IMG/VR virus record: IMGVR_UViG_3300033153_003825
Location: 1-54,332 of that record
DNA: 54,332 nt
Origin: a virus
Lineage: Duplodnaviria > Caudoviricetes
Strand: one strand, 5' to 3'
Shown: positions 35,240-43,483 of the stretch, in pieces
How the letters are laid out: each line of letters begins with the position of its first letter
Position numbering within the stretch: the stretch's first letter is position 1
The notes under the pieces: generated by a model
Told to the model about the DNA's origin: nothing
What the model saw: the letters and a program-made list of their open reading frames with translations, nothing else
Databases searched by the model: none
Translations under genes and position numbers: made by a program

Positions 35240-38200
35240 ATGACCCAGTATGCCCGCCCAGATAACGATGACAGCAACCCAGGGGGATGGAGCCCTGCGG
35301 TTGGCGGGACGTTGTATGGCGAACTAGACGAGGTCACACCCAGCGACACGGACTACATCGACGACAATAGCGTGGGCTACTGCGAGGTCGGCCTTTCCAG
35401 CGTCACCGACCCGGCAGTAGGTACCGGCCATGTTGTCAGCTACCACTACCGCCGCACCCCGACCAACCGTGCCATCACCATGCGGGTTTCGCTCTACGAC
35501 GGCACCACGCTCATCGCGGGTCCGTGGTCGCACGTCAATCCTGCTGGCACCTTCACACTGGTTGAACAAACCCTAAGTGAAGCCCAGGCCAATAACGTAT
35601 CGACGGCTGGCTATGCGGGTGCGCTTAAACTTCGTTTTGAGATAACGGCCCTTCAGAACTCACAGGCCCACGCCCAGTTCAGTTGGGCCGAGTTGGCTGT
35701 GCCGGATGCAGGTTCTACGCACAACGCCACCGCAGCCCTGACCTTACCTGCGCTGACCGCCTCCGGTGCAGCGACGTATTCGTCTGGGACAAATGACGCC
35801 ACAGCAAGTCTGACGCTCCCGGCCCTGACCGCTTCGGGGACCGCTACTCACACGGGACCGCCACACAACGCTACGGCCACACTCGTATTAGCCGCGCTCC
35901 TGATGGCGGGGACGGCGACGTTCACGAAGCCTGAGTATCAGGCGACGGGGGCGCAGGACCTACCCGCGCTGACGCTTAGTGCCACGGCGACTCACGTACC
36001 ACCTGACCACGACGCGACGGCCAGCTTAACGCTACCTGCGTTGACGGCTTCGGGGACGGCCACGTTCGTTGACACGCCGACGTTTGACGCAACAGCTTCG
36101 CTTACCCTACCCGCGCTCACGTTGTCGGCCACGGCTACGCATGTCGCGCCGATCGAGCTTTTTGATTCGACGTACATCACGGCGAGCGGTGAAGATACGA
36201 CCGAACAGCTTGCGGCTCCCGATGGTGCCGTCGCCTTCTCTGCTGGTCGGATTCAGGATGACGAGAACCCAGCCGATTCGATTGCCGCGAATGCTACGGG
36301 CTGGACGGAACTGGAATGGGCGATTAAGGCGCGGGAGCCTGCGGCTGGTGAAACGTGGAAGTTCCGATTAAGCCTGGATGGAACGCCTATTACGCTGGAC
36401 GTCACGCCAAAGTTGACGGTCACGGCTGGCTCTACGCACGACGCCACAGCCGCCTTGACGCTCCCAGCCCTGACGGCCTCCGGTACGGCGACCCACGCGA
36501 TTGCGGAGCGCCAAGCCACTGCGTCGTTCACCCTACCAGCCCTGGCCGCTGTGGGGACTGCGACATTCGTGAAGCCGGAGTTCCAGGCAACGGCAGCAGT
36601 CTCTCTGCCCGCGTTGACCGCGTCCGGTACCGCTGAGTTCCCGCACTCTCAGGGTTCAGCCACCCTTGACCTCTCCGCCTTAGCGGCCAGCGGTACGGCC
36701 ACCCACGCGATCGCAGAGCGTCAAGCGACCGCATCTCCGACACTACCTGCGCTCACGGCATCGGGCACGGCAACTTTCGTCAAGCCCGAGTTTCAGGCAA
36801 GCGCATCACTAACCTTACCCGCGCTAGAGGCGACGGGTACGGCAACCTTCGTAAAACCCGAAGTTCAAGCCACGGCGTCCCTGACGCTACCGGCCCTGAC
36901 CGCAACGGGCACCGCGACACACGCGATTTCTCCGTCCAGCGCGACGGCTACACTAGACCTACCTGCCCTGACCGCCTCGGGGACCGCGACCCATGCGATT
37001 GCAGAGAGAAGCGCGACAGCGGCGCTGAACCTTCCGGCCCTAACGGCATCTGGCGCTGCAACACACGCGATCGCCCCGTCTGACGCGACCGCAGCTCTAG
37101 ACCTACCGGCGTTGACTGCGGCGGGGACAGCGACCTTCACGAAGCCCGAAGTCCAAGCCACTGCATCGCTGACGCTGTCTGCGCTCCAGGCATCCGGTAC
37201 CGCTGAGTTCCCACATAGCCAGGGGACGTTCGCTCAGTCGCTACCTGCCCTGACAGCCGCAGGCACGGCGACTCATGTACCCCCAGGCCACGATGCAACG
37301 GCAGCGATAGATTTACCCGCCCTGACGGCATCGGGTACAGCAACCTTTGTGAAGCCGGAGTTCCAGGCGACGGCGAGCTTCGCGCTTCCGGCACTGACAG
37401 CGAGCGGCACGGCTGAGTTCCCGCACTCTCAAGGCACGGCGTCTCTTGCGCTGTCGCCGCTCCAAGCGTCCGGGACTGCGACATTTGTGAAGCCGGAGTT
37501 CCAGGCGGCGGCGTCCCTAACCCTGCCTGCCTTAACTGCGACGGGTACCGCGCAACACCCAGACCAGGCGAGCGCCGCGCTGGCACTACCCGCATTGACC
37601 CTCACGGCGACGGCGACCCATTCGCCGCCGACGTTCAGTGCCACGGCGGGCCTGAGCCTCCCTGCCCTCACCGTTGCAGGGGTGGCCGCGAACTCAACGA
37701 ACGATGCGACGGCCAGCTTGGTACTACCGAGTCTGACCGCTTCGGGCACAGCCTCTCATGTAGTCGCTGACAACGTGGGGCAAGCAAATCTAAACCTCCC
37801 CGCACTGACAGCATCGGGTACGGCGACGTTCCCGCACAGCAAGGGCACGGCCTCGCTTGCGTTGTCCGCTCTGACCGCTTCTGGCACCGCGACGTTCGTG
37901 AAGCCGGAGTATTCTGCGACAGCGGCGGTCGGCCTTCCAGCCCTGACGATGGCCGGGACCGCGCAGCACCCGGACCAGGCCAGCGCAGCCCTTACACTCC
38001 CGGCGCTTACGGCCTCCGGCACAGCTACCCATGTAGCGCCCCAGCATGACGCTTCAGCGTCCGTGGACCTCGCCGCCCTACAGGCATCGGGTACGGCCAC
38101 ATTCGTTAAGCCCGAGTACCAAGCCACCGCGTCGCTCGACCTCCCGGCACTGACCGCCAGCGGTGCAGCAACCTACGTTGAGCCGCCAAGCAACGCCTCA

Positions 38201-38539
38201 GCAGCCTTGGGCCTCCCCGCCCTGACCGCCAGCGGTACGGCGACGTTCACGAAGCCAGAGTTCCAGGCAACGGCGGCGATTACGCTTCCAGCCCTAACTG
38301 CCAGTGGTGAGGGTACACCGCTTTCGGGTGGGACAGCCGTGCTTGCCCTTCCATCCCTGGAGGTGTCCGGTACCGCAGGGTTTGTTCTCAATCCGACACT
38401 GGACGTAGACGCGACTCTAAGGCACAATCTCACGGTGGCGTCCAGTATCGAACATGATTTAGATGTGGACATGGGCGCATCTTTGAAGCATGATTTGAAC
38501 GTGGACGCCGAAATGAGGGACCAAGACGATGACAGCTAA
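35240..38539 (+). CDS. Ala/Thr-rich repeat fibre/scaffold protein
   Basis: 34 copies (manual count) of a 21-25-aa unit ATASLTLPALTASGTATxxxPxxx. Confidence 0.85.
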   Translation: MTQYARPDNDDSNPGGWSPAVGGTLYGELDEVTPSDTDYIDDNSVGYCEVGLSSVTDPAVGTGHVVSYHYRRTPTNRAITMRVSLYDGTTLIAGPWSHVNPAGTFTLVEQTLSEAQANNVSTAGYAGALKLRFEITALQNSQAHAQFSWAELAVPDAGSTHNATAALTLPALTASGAATYSSGTNDATASLTLPALTASGTATHTGPPHNATATLVLAALLMAGTATFTKPEYQATGAQDLPALTLSATATHVPPDHDATASLTLPALTASGTATFVDTPTFDATASLTLPALTLSATATHVAPIELFDSTYITASGEDTTEQLAAPDGAVAFSAGRIQDDENPADSIAANATGWTELEWAIKAREPAAGETWKFRLSLDGTPITLDVTPKLTVTAGSTHDATAALTLPALTASGTATHAIAERQATASFTLPALAAVGTATFVKPEFQATAAVSLPALTASGTAEFPHSQGSATLDLSALAASGTATHAIAERQATASPTLPALTASGTATFVKPEFQASASLTLPALEATGTATFVKPEVQATASLTLPALTATGTATHAISPSSATATLDLPALTASGTATHAIAERSATAALNLPALTASGAATHAIAPSDATAALDLPALTAAGTATFTKPEVQATASLTLSALQASGTAEFPHSQGTFAQSLPALTAAGTATHVPPGHDATAAIDLPALTASGTATFVKPEFQATASFALPALTASGTAEFPHSQGTASLALSPLQASGTATFVKPEFQAAASLTLPALTATGTAQHPDQASAALALPALTLTATATHSPPTFSATAGLSLPALTVAGVAANSTNDATASLVLPSLTASGTASHVVADNVGQANLNLPALTASGTATFPHSKGTASLALSALTASGTATFVKPEYSATAAVGLPALTMAGTAQHPDQASAALTLPALTASGTATHVAPQHDASASVDLAALQASGTATFVKPEYQATASLDLPALTASGAATYVEPPSNASAALGLPALTASGTATFTKPEFQATAAITLPALTASGEGTPLSGGTAVLALPSLEVSGTAGFVLNPTLDVDATLRHNLTVASSIEHDLDVDMGASLKHDLNVDAEMRDQDDDS

Positions 38540-38846
38540 CCCACTGACGTTGAAATACAAGTCGGACGGCACCTTAGTCTTGACGGCCAAGTATCTGGAT
38601 GTCAACGATGAATGGCAGGTTCTTACCGGGGCCACGGTCAACGTGACAGTTGTCCGACTCGGAGAGGAGATTGTGGCTGAGTCCACAGCTTTAGAGATTG
38701 GCGACGGAGTCTATGAGTACGACCTGTCCTACGACATCGACGCCGACCCCGAGGACGTGTTGGTTGCTCAGGTCGAGGTGATCTCCGCTGGCGGTGCTCG
38801 CACCTATGCTGAGATTAAGCTAAGGGTCGCGACGGACGAAGATTAA
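38529..38846 (+). CDS. Ig-like (BppU-like) adaptor protein
   Basis: LTGATVNVTV...DGVYEY...QVEV pattern; last gene of the fibre operon. Confidence 0.6.
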   Translation: MTANPLTLKYKSDGTLVLTAKYLDVNDEWQVLTGATVNVTVVRLGEEIVAESTALEIGDGVYEYDLSYDIDADPEDVLVAQVEVISAGGARTYAEIKLRVATDED

Positions 38847-38847
38847 A

Positions 38848-39321
38848 ATGCCTGTATTCGGTGAGCGGTCCAGAAAGAAACGCGGCACTTGTCATCCGCT
38901 GCTCCAGCACACAGCGGACCTGGCGATTCGGTATTGGGACATCACCCTGATTCATGGCTTCAGGGGTAAGGAGCTTCAGAACGAGCTTGTGGCCCAAGGC
39001 TTCAGCAAGACGCCCTGGCCCACGAGCTTTCACAACCACCTTTCCACAAGTAAAGACGTAGCTGATGGGTTCGCTATGGCTGTGGGCGAACCTTTGTCCT
39101 TGGCCTTTGATTTCGCCCCGTGGTTCCCGACGCTCCCCCATGTCAGATGGAAAAACGGTGATGAGTTTTACCACATGGCTGGCCTGATAATTGGAGTGTC
39201 CAAGAGGTACTTGGAAGACTTTGGATTTCGGCTCAGGTCTGGTACGGACTGGGACAGCGACCAAGACCTCCACGACCAGACGTTTATGGACCTCGGGCAC
39301 CTGGAGCTAAGGCGGTTGTAA
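38848..39321 (+). CDS. endolysin, M15-family L-Ala-D-Glu peptidase
   Basis: CHPLLQ...GFRGKELQ...SFHN...SLAFDFAP...DLGHLEL Zn-peptidase motifs (T5 lysin-like). Confidence 0.88.
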   Translation: MPVFGERSRKKRGTCHPLLQHTADLAIRYWDITLIHGFRGKELQNELVAQGFSKTPWPTSFHNHLSTSKDVADGFAMAVGEPLSLAFDFAPWFPTLPHVRWKNGDEFYHMAGLIIGVSKRYLEDFGFRLRSGTDWDSDQDLHDQTFMDLGHLELRRL

Positions 39322-40022
39322 TGGATCGGTGGGAAAGGTTCCTGGAGTTGATGCAGCGGCCAGCCTTGCCCGGTGGTAAGCCCATCTTCATAGCCGCTAT
39401 CGCGGCCCTCATGCTCTTGAGCGCGTTCGTCGGCCACCTCTTCGGAAGGGACAGCATTCCCGGTGGAGTTCCCGTAACCGTCATCAGGGAAGTGGCAAGC
39501 GAAGAGATGGAAGGGGAGCTTGAGGACCTCCGACTGGAAAACGAAGGGCTTTTGGCTCGACTAAGAGGTAGGGTCGAAGTCGCTCCAGCCGAAGAGTTGA
39601 TCTTAGACGAACCAATCGAAGGGTGTCCCGAGACGGCCATCACGGAGGTTAGGATCCGACCCTACGGAATGGCAAGCTACACGCGCCTGACCCGACTCGC
39701 ATCTGACAGCATCTCCGTGTTGCCGTTGTACCAATTCTCGTTACTCAAGGACGTGGACATAAGCCGTTGCACCCAGTTTTACTTCAGCGGCGAAACCTTT
39801 GTTTGCGACACCCCCCGCCTCGGCGTCCTAGACCTCTTTCTTTACACAGACCTTGTCTACGACCAAACCCACCCCTTAGCTAACCAGCGGATCCTGGATG
39901 CAGGCGTCGGCCTGAACTGGAGACGCTGGCCTTCCTCTAATTGGTCGCTCGAACTGTCACGAGACATCAATGGATGGTTCGCCTTCGGCATAAAAAGAAA
40001 ATTCAGATTACTCGGTAGGTAG
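39321..40022 (+). CDS. spanin-like membrane protein
   Basis: N-terminal TM, coiled coil and C-terminal amphipathic beta strands; TAATG-coupled to the endolysin. Confidence 0.5.
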   Translation: MDRWERFLELMQRPALPGGKPIFIAAIAALMLLSAFVGHLFGRDSIPGGVPVTVIREVASEEMEGELEDLRLENEGLLARLRGRVEVAPAEELILDEPIEGCPETAITEVRIRPYGMASYTRLTRLASDSISVLPLYQFSLLKDVDISRCTQFYFSGETFVCDTPRLGVLDLFLYTDLVYDQTHPLANQRILDAGVGLNWRRWPSSNWSLELSRDINGWFAFGIKRKFRLLGR

Positions 40023-40033
40023 GCCCCGACTAC

Positions 40034-40062
40034 TTGACTTTGTGGTGTTATCCTCTTAACAT
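40034..40062 (+). promoter_or_regulatory. sigma70-type promoter for the early recombination/replication operon
   Basis: TTGACT (40034-39), 17-nt spacer, TAACAT (40057-62). Confidence 0.65.
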
Positions 40063-40098
40063 GAGTGCGTTCGCCTGTTCGCCGCACATGGGGGGAAA

Positions 40099-40386
40099 AT
40101 GCTCACCAAGGAAAAGAGGGCGACGAAGACCGTCGCTACCATAAAGAAGTCGGTAAGGTCTGGATTTACGCTGGCCGAAACAATAAGGATGTTGCTTGAC
40201 GAAACCTTCGAGGCCCTCGCCCAGCAAAATGAAATCAACGCAGAAGAGTTCACCATGTGCCTCTTGGACTACCCAGGAAGGAGGATTCCAAAGGTCCGCA
40301 GGATCTTGGCGCGAAAGTTGGGACTCAAACTCTCTGTCATGAATGATTTGATCGACACCTACCGTCGCCACAACACCAGAAAGTAG
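40099..40386 (+). CDS. Cro/Ner-like HTH regulator (putative)
   Basis: TFEALAQQNEINAEEFTMCL...VRRILARKLGL; first gene after the promoter. Confidence 0.5.
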   Translation: MLTKEKRATKTVATIKKSVRSGFTLAETIRMLLDETFEALAQQNEINAEEFTMCLLDYPGRRIPKVRRILARKLGLKLSVMNDLIDTYRRHNTRK

Positions 40387-40393
40387 GGAGAAA

Positions 40394-40675
40394 ATGTGGA
40401 AGCTGCTGCTTCGCTTTGCCGGGTGGATTGTCTCTCGGGAGGGTGGCGTTGTTGTTCCGTCGTCCGACCTGGACCGTTGCGTAAGTGAGATCTACGATTT
40501 GCGGGACTACATGCTTCGTAGTGGCCACATCAATACGGTCGCCGGGAGGAACCCAAAGGCCGTCATCACCATCGACAGGGGGCTCGCCTCCATCCTACTT
40601 GCCCTGAGCGGATCGGAACTACTGACCAAACGTGCCGCTGAAGGGCCACAGGAGGCCCTTAGAAAGGTTTCGTGA
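40394..40675 (+). CDS. hypothetical protein
   Basis: GGGAG RBS. Confidence 0.6.
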   Translation: MWKLLLRFAGWIVSREGGVVVPSSDLDRCVSEIYDLRDYMLRSGHINTVAGRNPKAVITIDRGLASILLALSGSELLTKRAAEGPQEALRKVS

Positions 40676-41805
40676 TGAATGATGCCCAAGTTGTCGCAGA
40701 TCACCCTGCGGGACCTCTAGCGGGCCGTGTCGTAAGGGACGAGAACGGGGACGCGGTGAACCCGATGGTGAATCGCGAGGCATGGAAGCTGGTGCGGCAA
40801 CCATGCCTCGGATCCTCAGACATGCCAGCCATCTTCGGACAGGACGAATACCGGGAGCCGTGGAACATTTGGGACCGGATCGTACTGGGTGACTGGGAGG
40901 ATGCGGAGGGTGGGGACATCCGGCGTGGGGTCAAGCAGGAGAAGGTCGCACGACAGACTTTCGTGGACCGCACGGGGTTGGACGTCTTGGCCCTACCCAT
41001 GGTTCACCACCCGGATAACCCACGCATCGTGACCGATACGGACGGGCTCGTTATTAACCCCGGTGAGAAGAGGTGGCCCGAGGTGGTGAGAGAGTCTGAA
41101 GTGTTGAGTCCCGTCACTAAGTTCAAGGGGCACGGATGGATGGAGTTGAAGGTGCCACGGATTCCAAGATTCTATCGGTTCAAGGAAGAAGGATTGCCCC
41201 GCGCTCACATCATCCAAGCGCAAACTCACGGCCTTGTCACGGGGCTTGATTGGGGTTTCTTCGCCTTCTACACACCCGAGTACGACGAACTTATTGCGTT
41301 CCCGGTCCTGACCGACTGGGTTTTTTGTGATTGGTTGCTGAAGTCGGCAACGGAGTGGCTGGAGTCCTACGTGGACCTGGAGATACGTCCCGAACGTCCC
41401 GCTCCACCTCCTCCGAAGTGGCCTGACCCAATTCCTGGAGAGGCCACGTTGAGGGAGGACGATGAGTGGATGCTTTGGTCTGCCGTGATGATCCAGAAGC
41501 ACTACGATCTCCTGGAGGCCGAAGAGGACAAGAAGGAGACTGAGGAGAAGGTGGTTTCCTTGCTTGGGGAAGGGGACCAACACGTAGCAGGGAACGGCGT
41601 GAAGGTTACGCGGAAGAGTTCCGCATCCCAGCGTCGGACTGACTTTAAGAAATTCAGGGCTGCGTTCAAGATTGCCCAGAAGAGGATGGACCTCCGGGCG
41701 TTGAAGTACTTGGACCCAGACTCGGACGAATTCAAGTACAGCACCGCCACGAGTGAGAAGGTTAAGGTGGTCGTGCTCGCCCCTAACCCGATGGAGGACT
41801 TCTAA
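40672..41805 (+). CDS. YqaJ/lambda-exonuclease-like recombination nuclease
   Basis: W...R...LGSSDMPAIFG...RGVKQE...DTDG...ELK...QAQ motifs. Confidence 0.9.
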   Translation: MMNDAQVVADHPAGPLAGRVVRDENGDAVNPMVNREAWKLVRQPCLGSSDMPAIFGQDEYREPWNIWDRIVLGDWEDAEGGDIRRGVKQEKVARQTFVDRTGLDVLALPMVHHPDNPRIVTDTDGLVINPGEKRWPEVVRESEVLSPVTKFKGHGWMELKVPRIPRFYRFKEEGLPRAHIIQAQTHGLVTGLDWGFFAFYTPEYDELIAFPVLTDWVFCDWLLKSATEWLESYVDLEIRPERPAPPPPKWPDPIPGEATLREDDEWMLWSAVMIQKHYDLLEAEEDKKETEEKVVSLLGEGDQHVAGNGVKVTRKSSASQRRTDFKKFRAAFKIAQKRMDLRALKYLDPDSDEFKYSTATSEKVKVVVLAPNPMEDF

Positions 41806-43028
41806 TGGGGCTTATCAGTCGGAAGCTGCTGAAGCGGCGTCCACAAGAGTTAGGTAAGATCAAGATTGGTGGTAAGGGGGCAGAGAGAGCGGGCCAAGGG
41901 GGCACAAAATACCAACTGCCAGTCAAGTACGATCACTTCCTTGTCACCACCCGCGCCCGAGGTGAAGACGGCAACTTCGTCACGGACGCCAAAATCCATG
42001 CTCATTCGAGTGTGGGAGACAAGCCCACAGAACTCGCCGGGGTCCTGATGTACGAGACTCCTGAGCAAAACTTCCATGCAGAGATGGCTCTTTGGAAAGG
42101 GAAGACTCAGAAGATTTCGACCTGTGACGGGGAGGAAAGGACGAACCTGTCGGACGGGAAGGTGACGCCTTGCGTTAAGGCCCAGGGTGGTGAGTGTCAG
42201 TGCAAGCCCTACGGACGCCTTCATCTTCAACTGTGGGCCTCCGGCCATGTCATGGGCTACCACACGTTTCGCACCACCTCCTGGGAGTCTGTGAACAACA
42301 TCCAGACCGTACTTCAGGAGGTTTACGAGCGATTCGGGACACTCTTCCAGGCTCCGGTGAAGTTGGTGATGTACCCTTCGGAGGACCAATACAAACAGGG
42401 TAGCGAGACAAGAGTTTCCACGTCCTGGAAGGTGGGCCTCGTGCTAGCCATGTCCATCGAAGAAGCTGCCAAGAGAATGGTGTCGTCGAAGCGTCAGTTG
42501 GACCTGGCGCGTGGTGAACTCAAGCTGATCGCCAGTGAGGTTCAGAAGGACCAGGCCGACCGTGACATGGAGGAGGCTGAGGATATTGCCGATGAGTTCT
42601 TCCCAGAGGACGGCATCGAGGCATCGGTCCAGAGTCAGGAAACGCTGGACGACCTGAAAGAGGAGCTTGGGGTTGCCCTGGACGCGGACTTCGAGGTAGT
42701 GGGGCCAGAGAGTCCTGAACCTGAACCTGAACTTGAACCCGAGTCTGAGTCTGAGTCTGAGTCTGAGTCCTTGCCAGCTTGGGAGCAAGAAGCCGAAACG
42801 CTCTTTAGCAAGATCACGGGCTCCCTCGAAGACATGGACGAAGAAGAGGCTACGGCCATGTTGGTCAGGTACCTTAAAAAGTACGCACCGAAGGTTTCCG
42901 AACAGACTGCGGAGTATGTCGGCACCAGGAATGCGGCTGGGTACACCAGGCGGAAAGCGGAGAACGATCTGAAGAAGGTGATTTGGGAATTTCAAGAGGC
43001 TCAACCGAGGGAAGGGGACGCCTTCTAA
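41805..43028 (+). CDS. Gp3/recombination-directionality-factor-like protein (probable partner of YqaJ)
   Basis: ELGKIKIG.KG...PVKYDHFLVT...CDG...C......CKPYGRL...FRTTSWES..NI; acidic tail. Confidence 0.65.
   Translation: MGLISRKLLKRRPQELGKIKIGGKGAERAGQGGTKYQLPVKYDHFLVTTRARGEDGNFVTDAKIHAHSSVGDKPTELAGVLMYETPEQNFHAEMALWKGKTQKISTCDGEERTNLSDGKVTPCVKAQGGECQCKPYGRLHLQLWASGHVMGYHTFRTTSWESVNNIQTVLQEVYERFGTLFQAPVKLVMYPSEDQYKQGSETRVSTSWKVGLVLAMSIEEAAKRMVSSKRQLDLARGELKLIASEVQKDQADRDMEEAEDIADEFFPEDGIEASVQSQETLDDLKEELGVALDADFEVVGPESPEPEPELEPESESESESESLPAWEQEAETLFSKITGSLEDMDEEEATAMLVRYLKKYAPKVSEQTAEYVGTRNAAGYTRRKAENDLKKVIWEFQEAQPREGDAF
42714..42770 (+). repeat. hexamer microsatellites (CCTGAA)n then (GAGTCT)n encoding a PE/ES linker
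   Basis: directly visible tandem 6-mers. Confidence 0.9.
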
Positions 43029-43108
43029 TGGGGGCTCGAAACGCTGTACCTCGAAGTACGGCAAACCCAATTACCACCTGCATGAACGCTATACCTTCGG
43101 GGGGATGA

Positions 43109-43483
43109 GTGGCGGACTTCGGCTTTGTAAAAATGAGCCGAAAGTTCATGACCAGCGAAATGTGGGAGGAGGACCGGACGTTCTCTAGGGCAGAGGCTTG
43201 GATAGACCTTCTCTTTATGGCATCCCACCGCAAGTCCAAGAAGCAAGTCGCTGGCTTTGAAGTTTCCCTTCGGCGTGGCGAACTGGTGGCTTCCGACTCA
43301 CACCTCGCGAGGCGTTGGGGGTGGAGTCGAAACAAGCTCCGCCTGTTCCTTAAAAACCTAGAGCTTGAGGGAAGAATTGACCGCCTGGACCACGCACAAG
43401 CCAACCAGACAGGCAAAATTATATTCATCCTCAATTACGGTCGCTACCAGAGGGAGGGGTTCACGGGTGAGCGAAGAATTTAA
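43109..43483 (+). CDS. replication initiator N-terminal wHTH protein (short)
   Basis: GFVKMSRK...AWIDLLFMA.H...LRRGELVAS...LARRWGWSR.K...FL..LE..G.I...I.NY..YQ. Confidence 0.85.
   Translation: MADFGFVKMSRKFMTSEMWEEDRTFSRAEAWIDLLFMASHRKSKKQVAGFEVSLRRGELVASDSHLARRWGWSRNKLRLFLKNLELEGRIDRLDHAQANQTGKIIFILNYGRYQREGFTGERRI

Noticed and set aside
35720-38400. CRISPR-like or non-coding repeat array
   Set aside because: The repeats are degenerate at third codon positions within one ORF, so they are protein repeats
20621-38539. Diversity-generating retroelement acting on tail or fibre genes
   Set aside because: No reverse transcriptase motif seen, and no TR/VR pair differing only at adenines; repeats differ at synonymous positions
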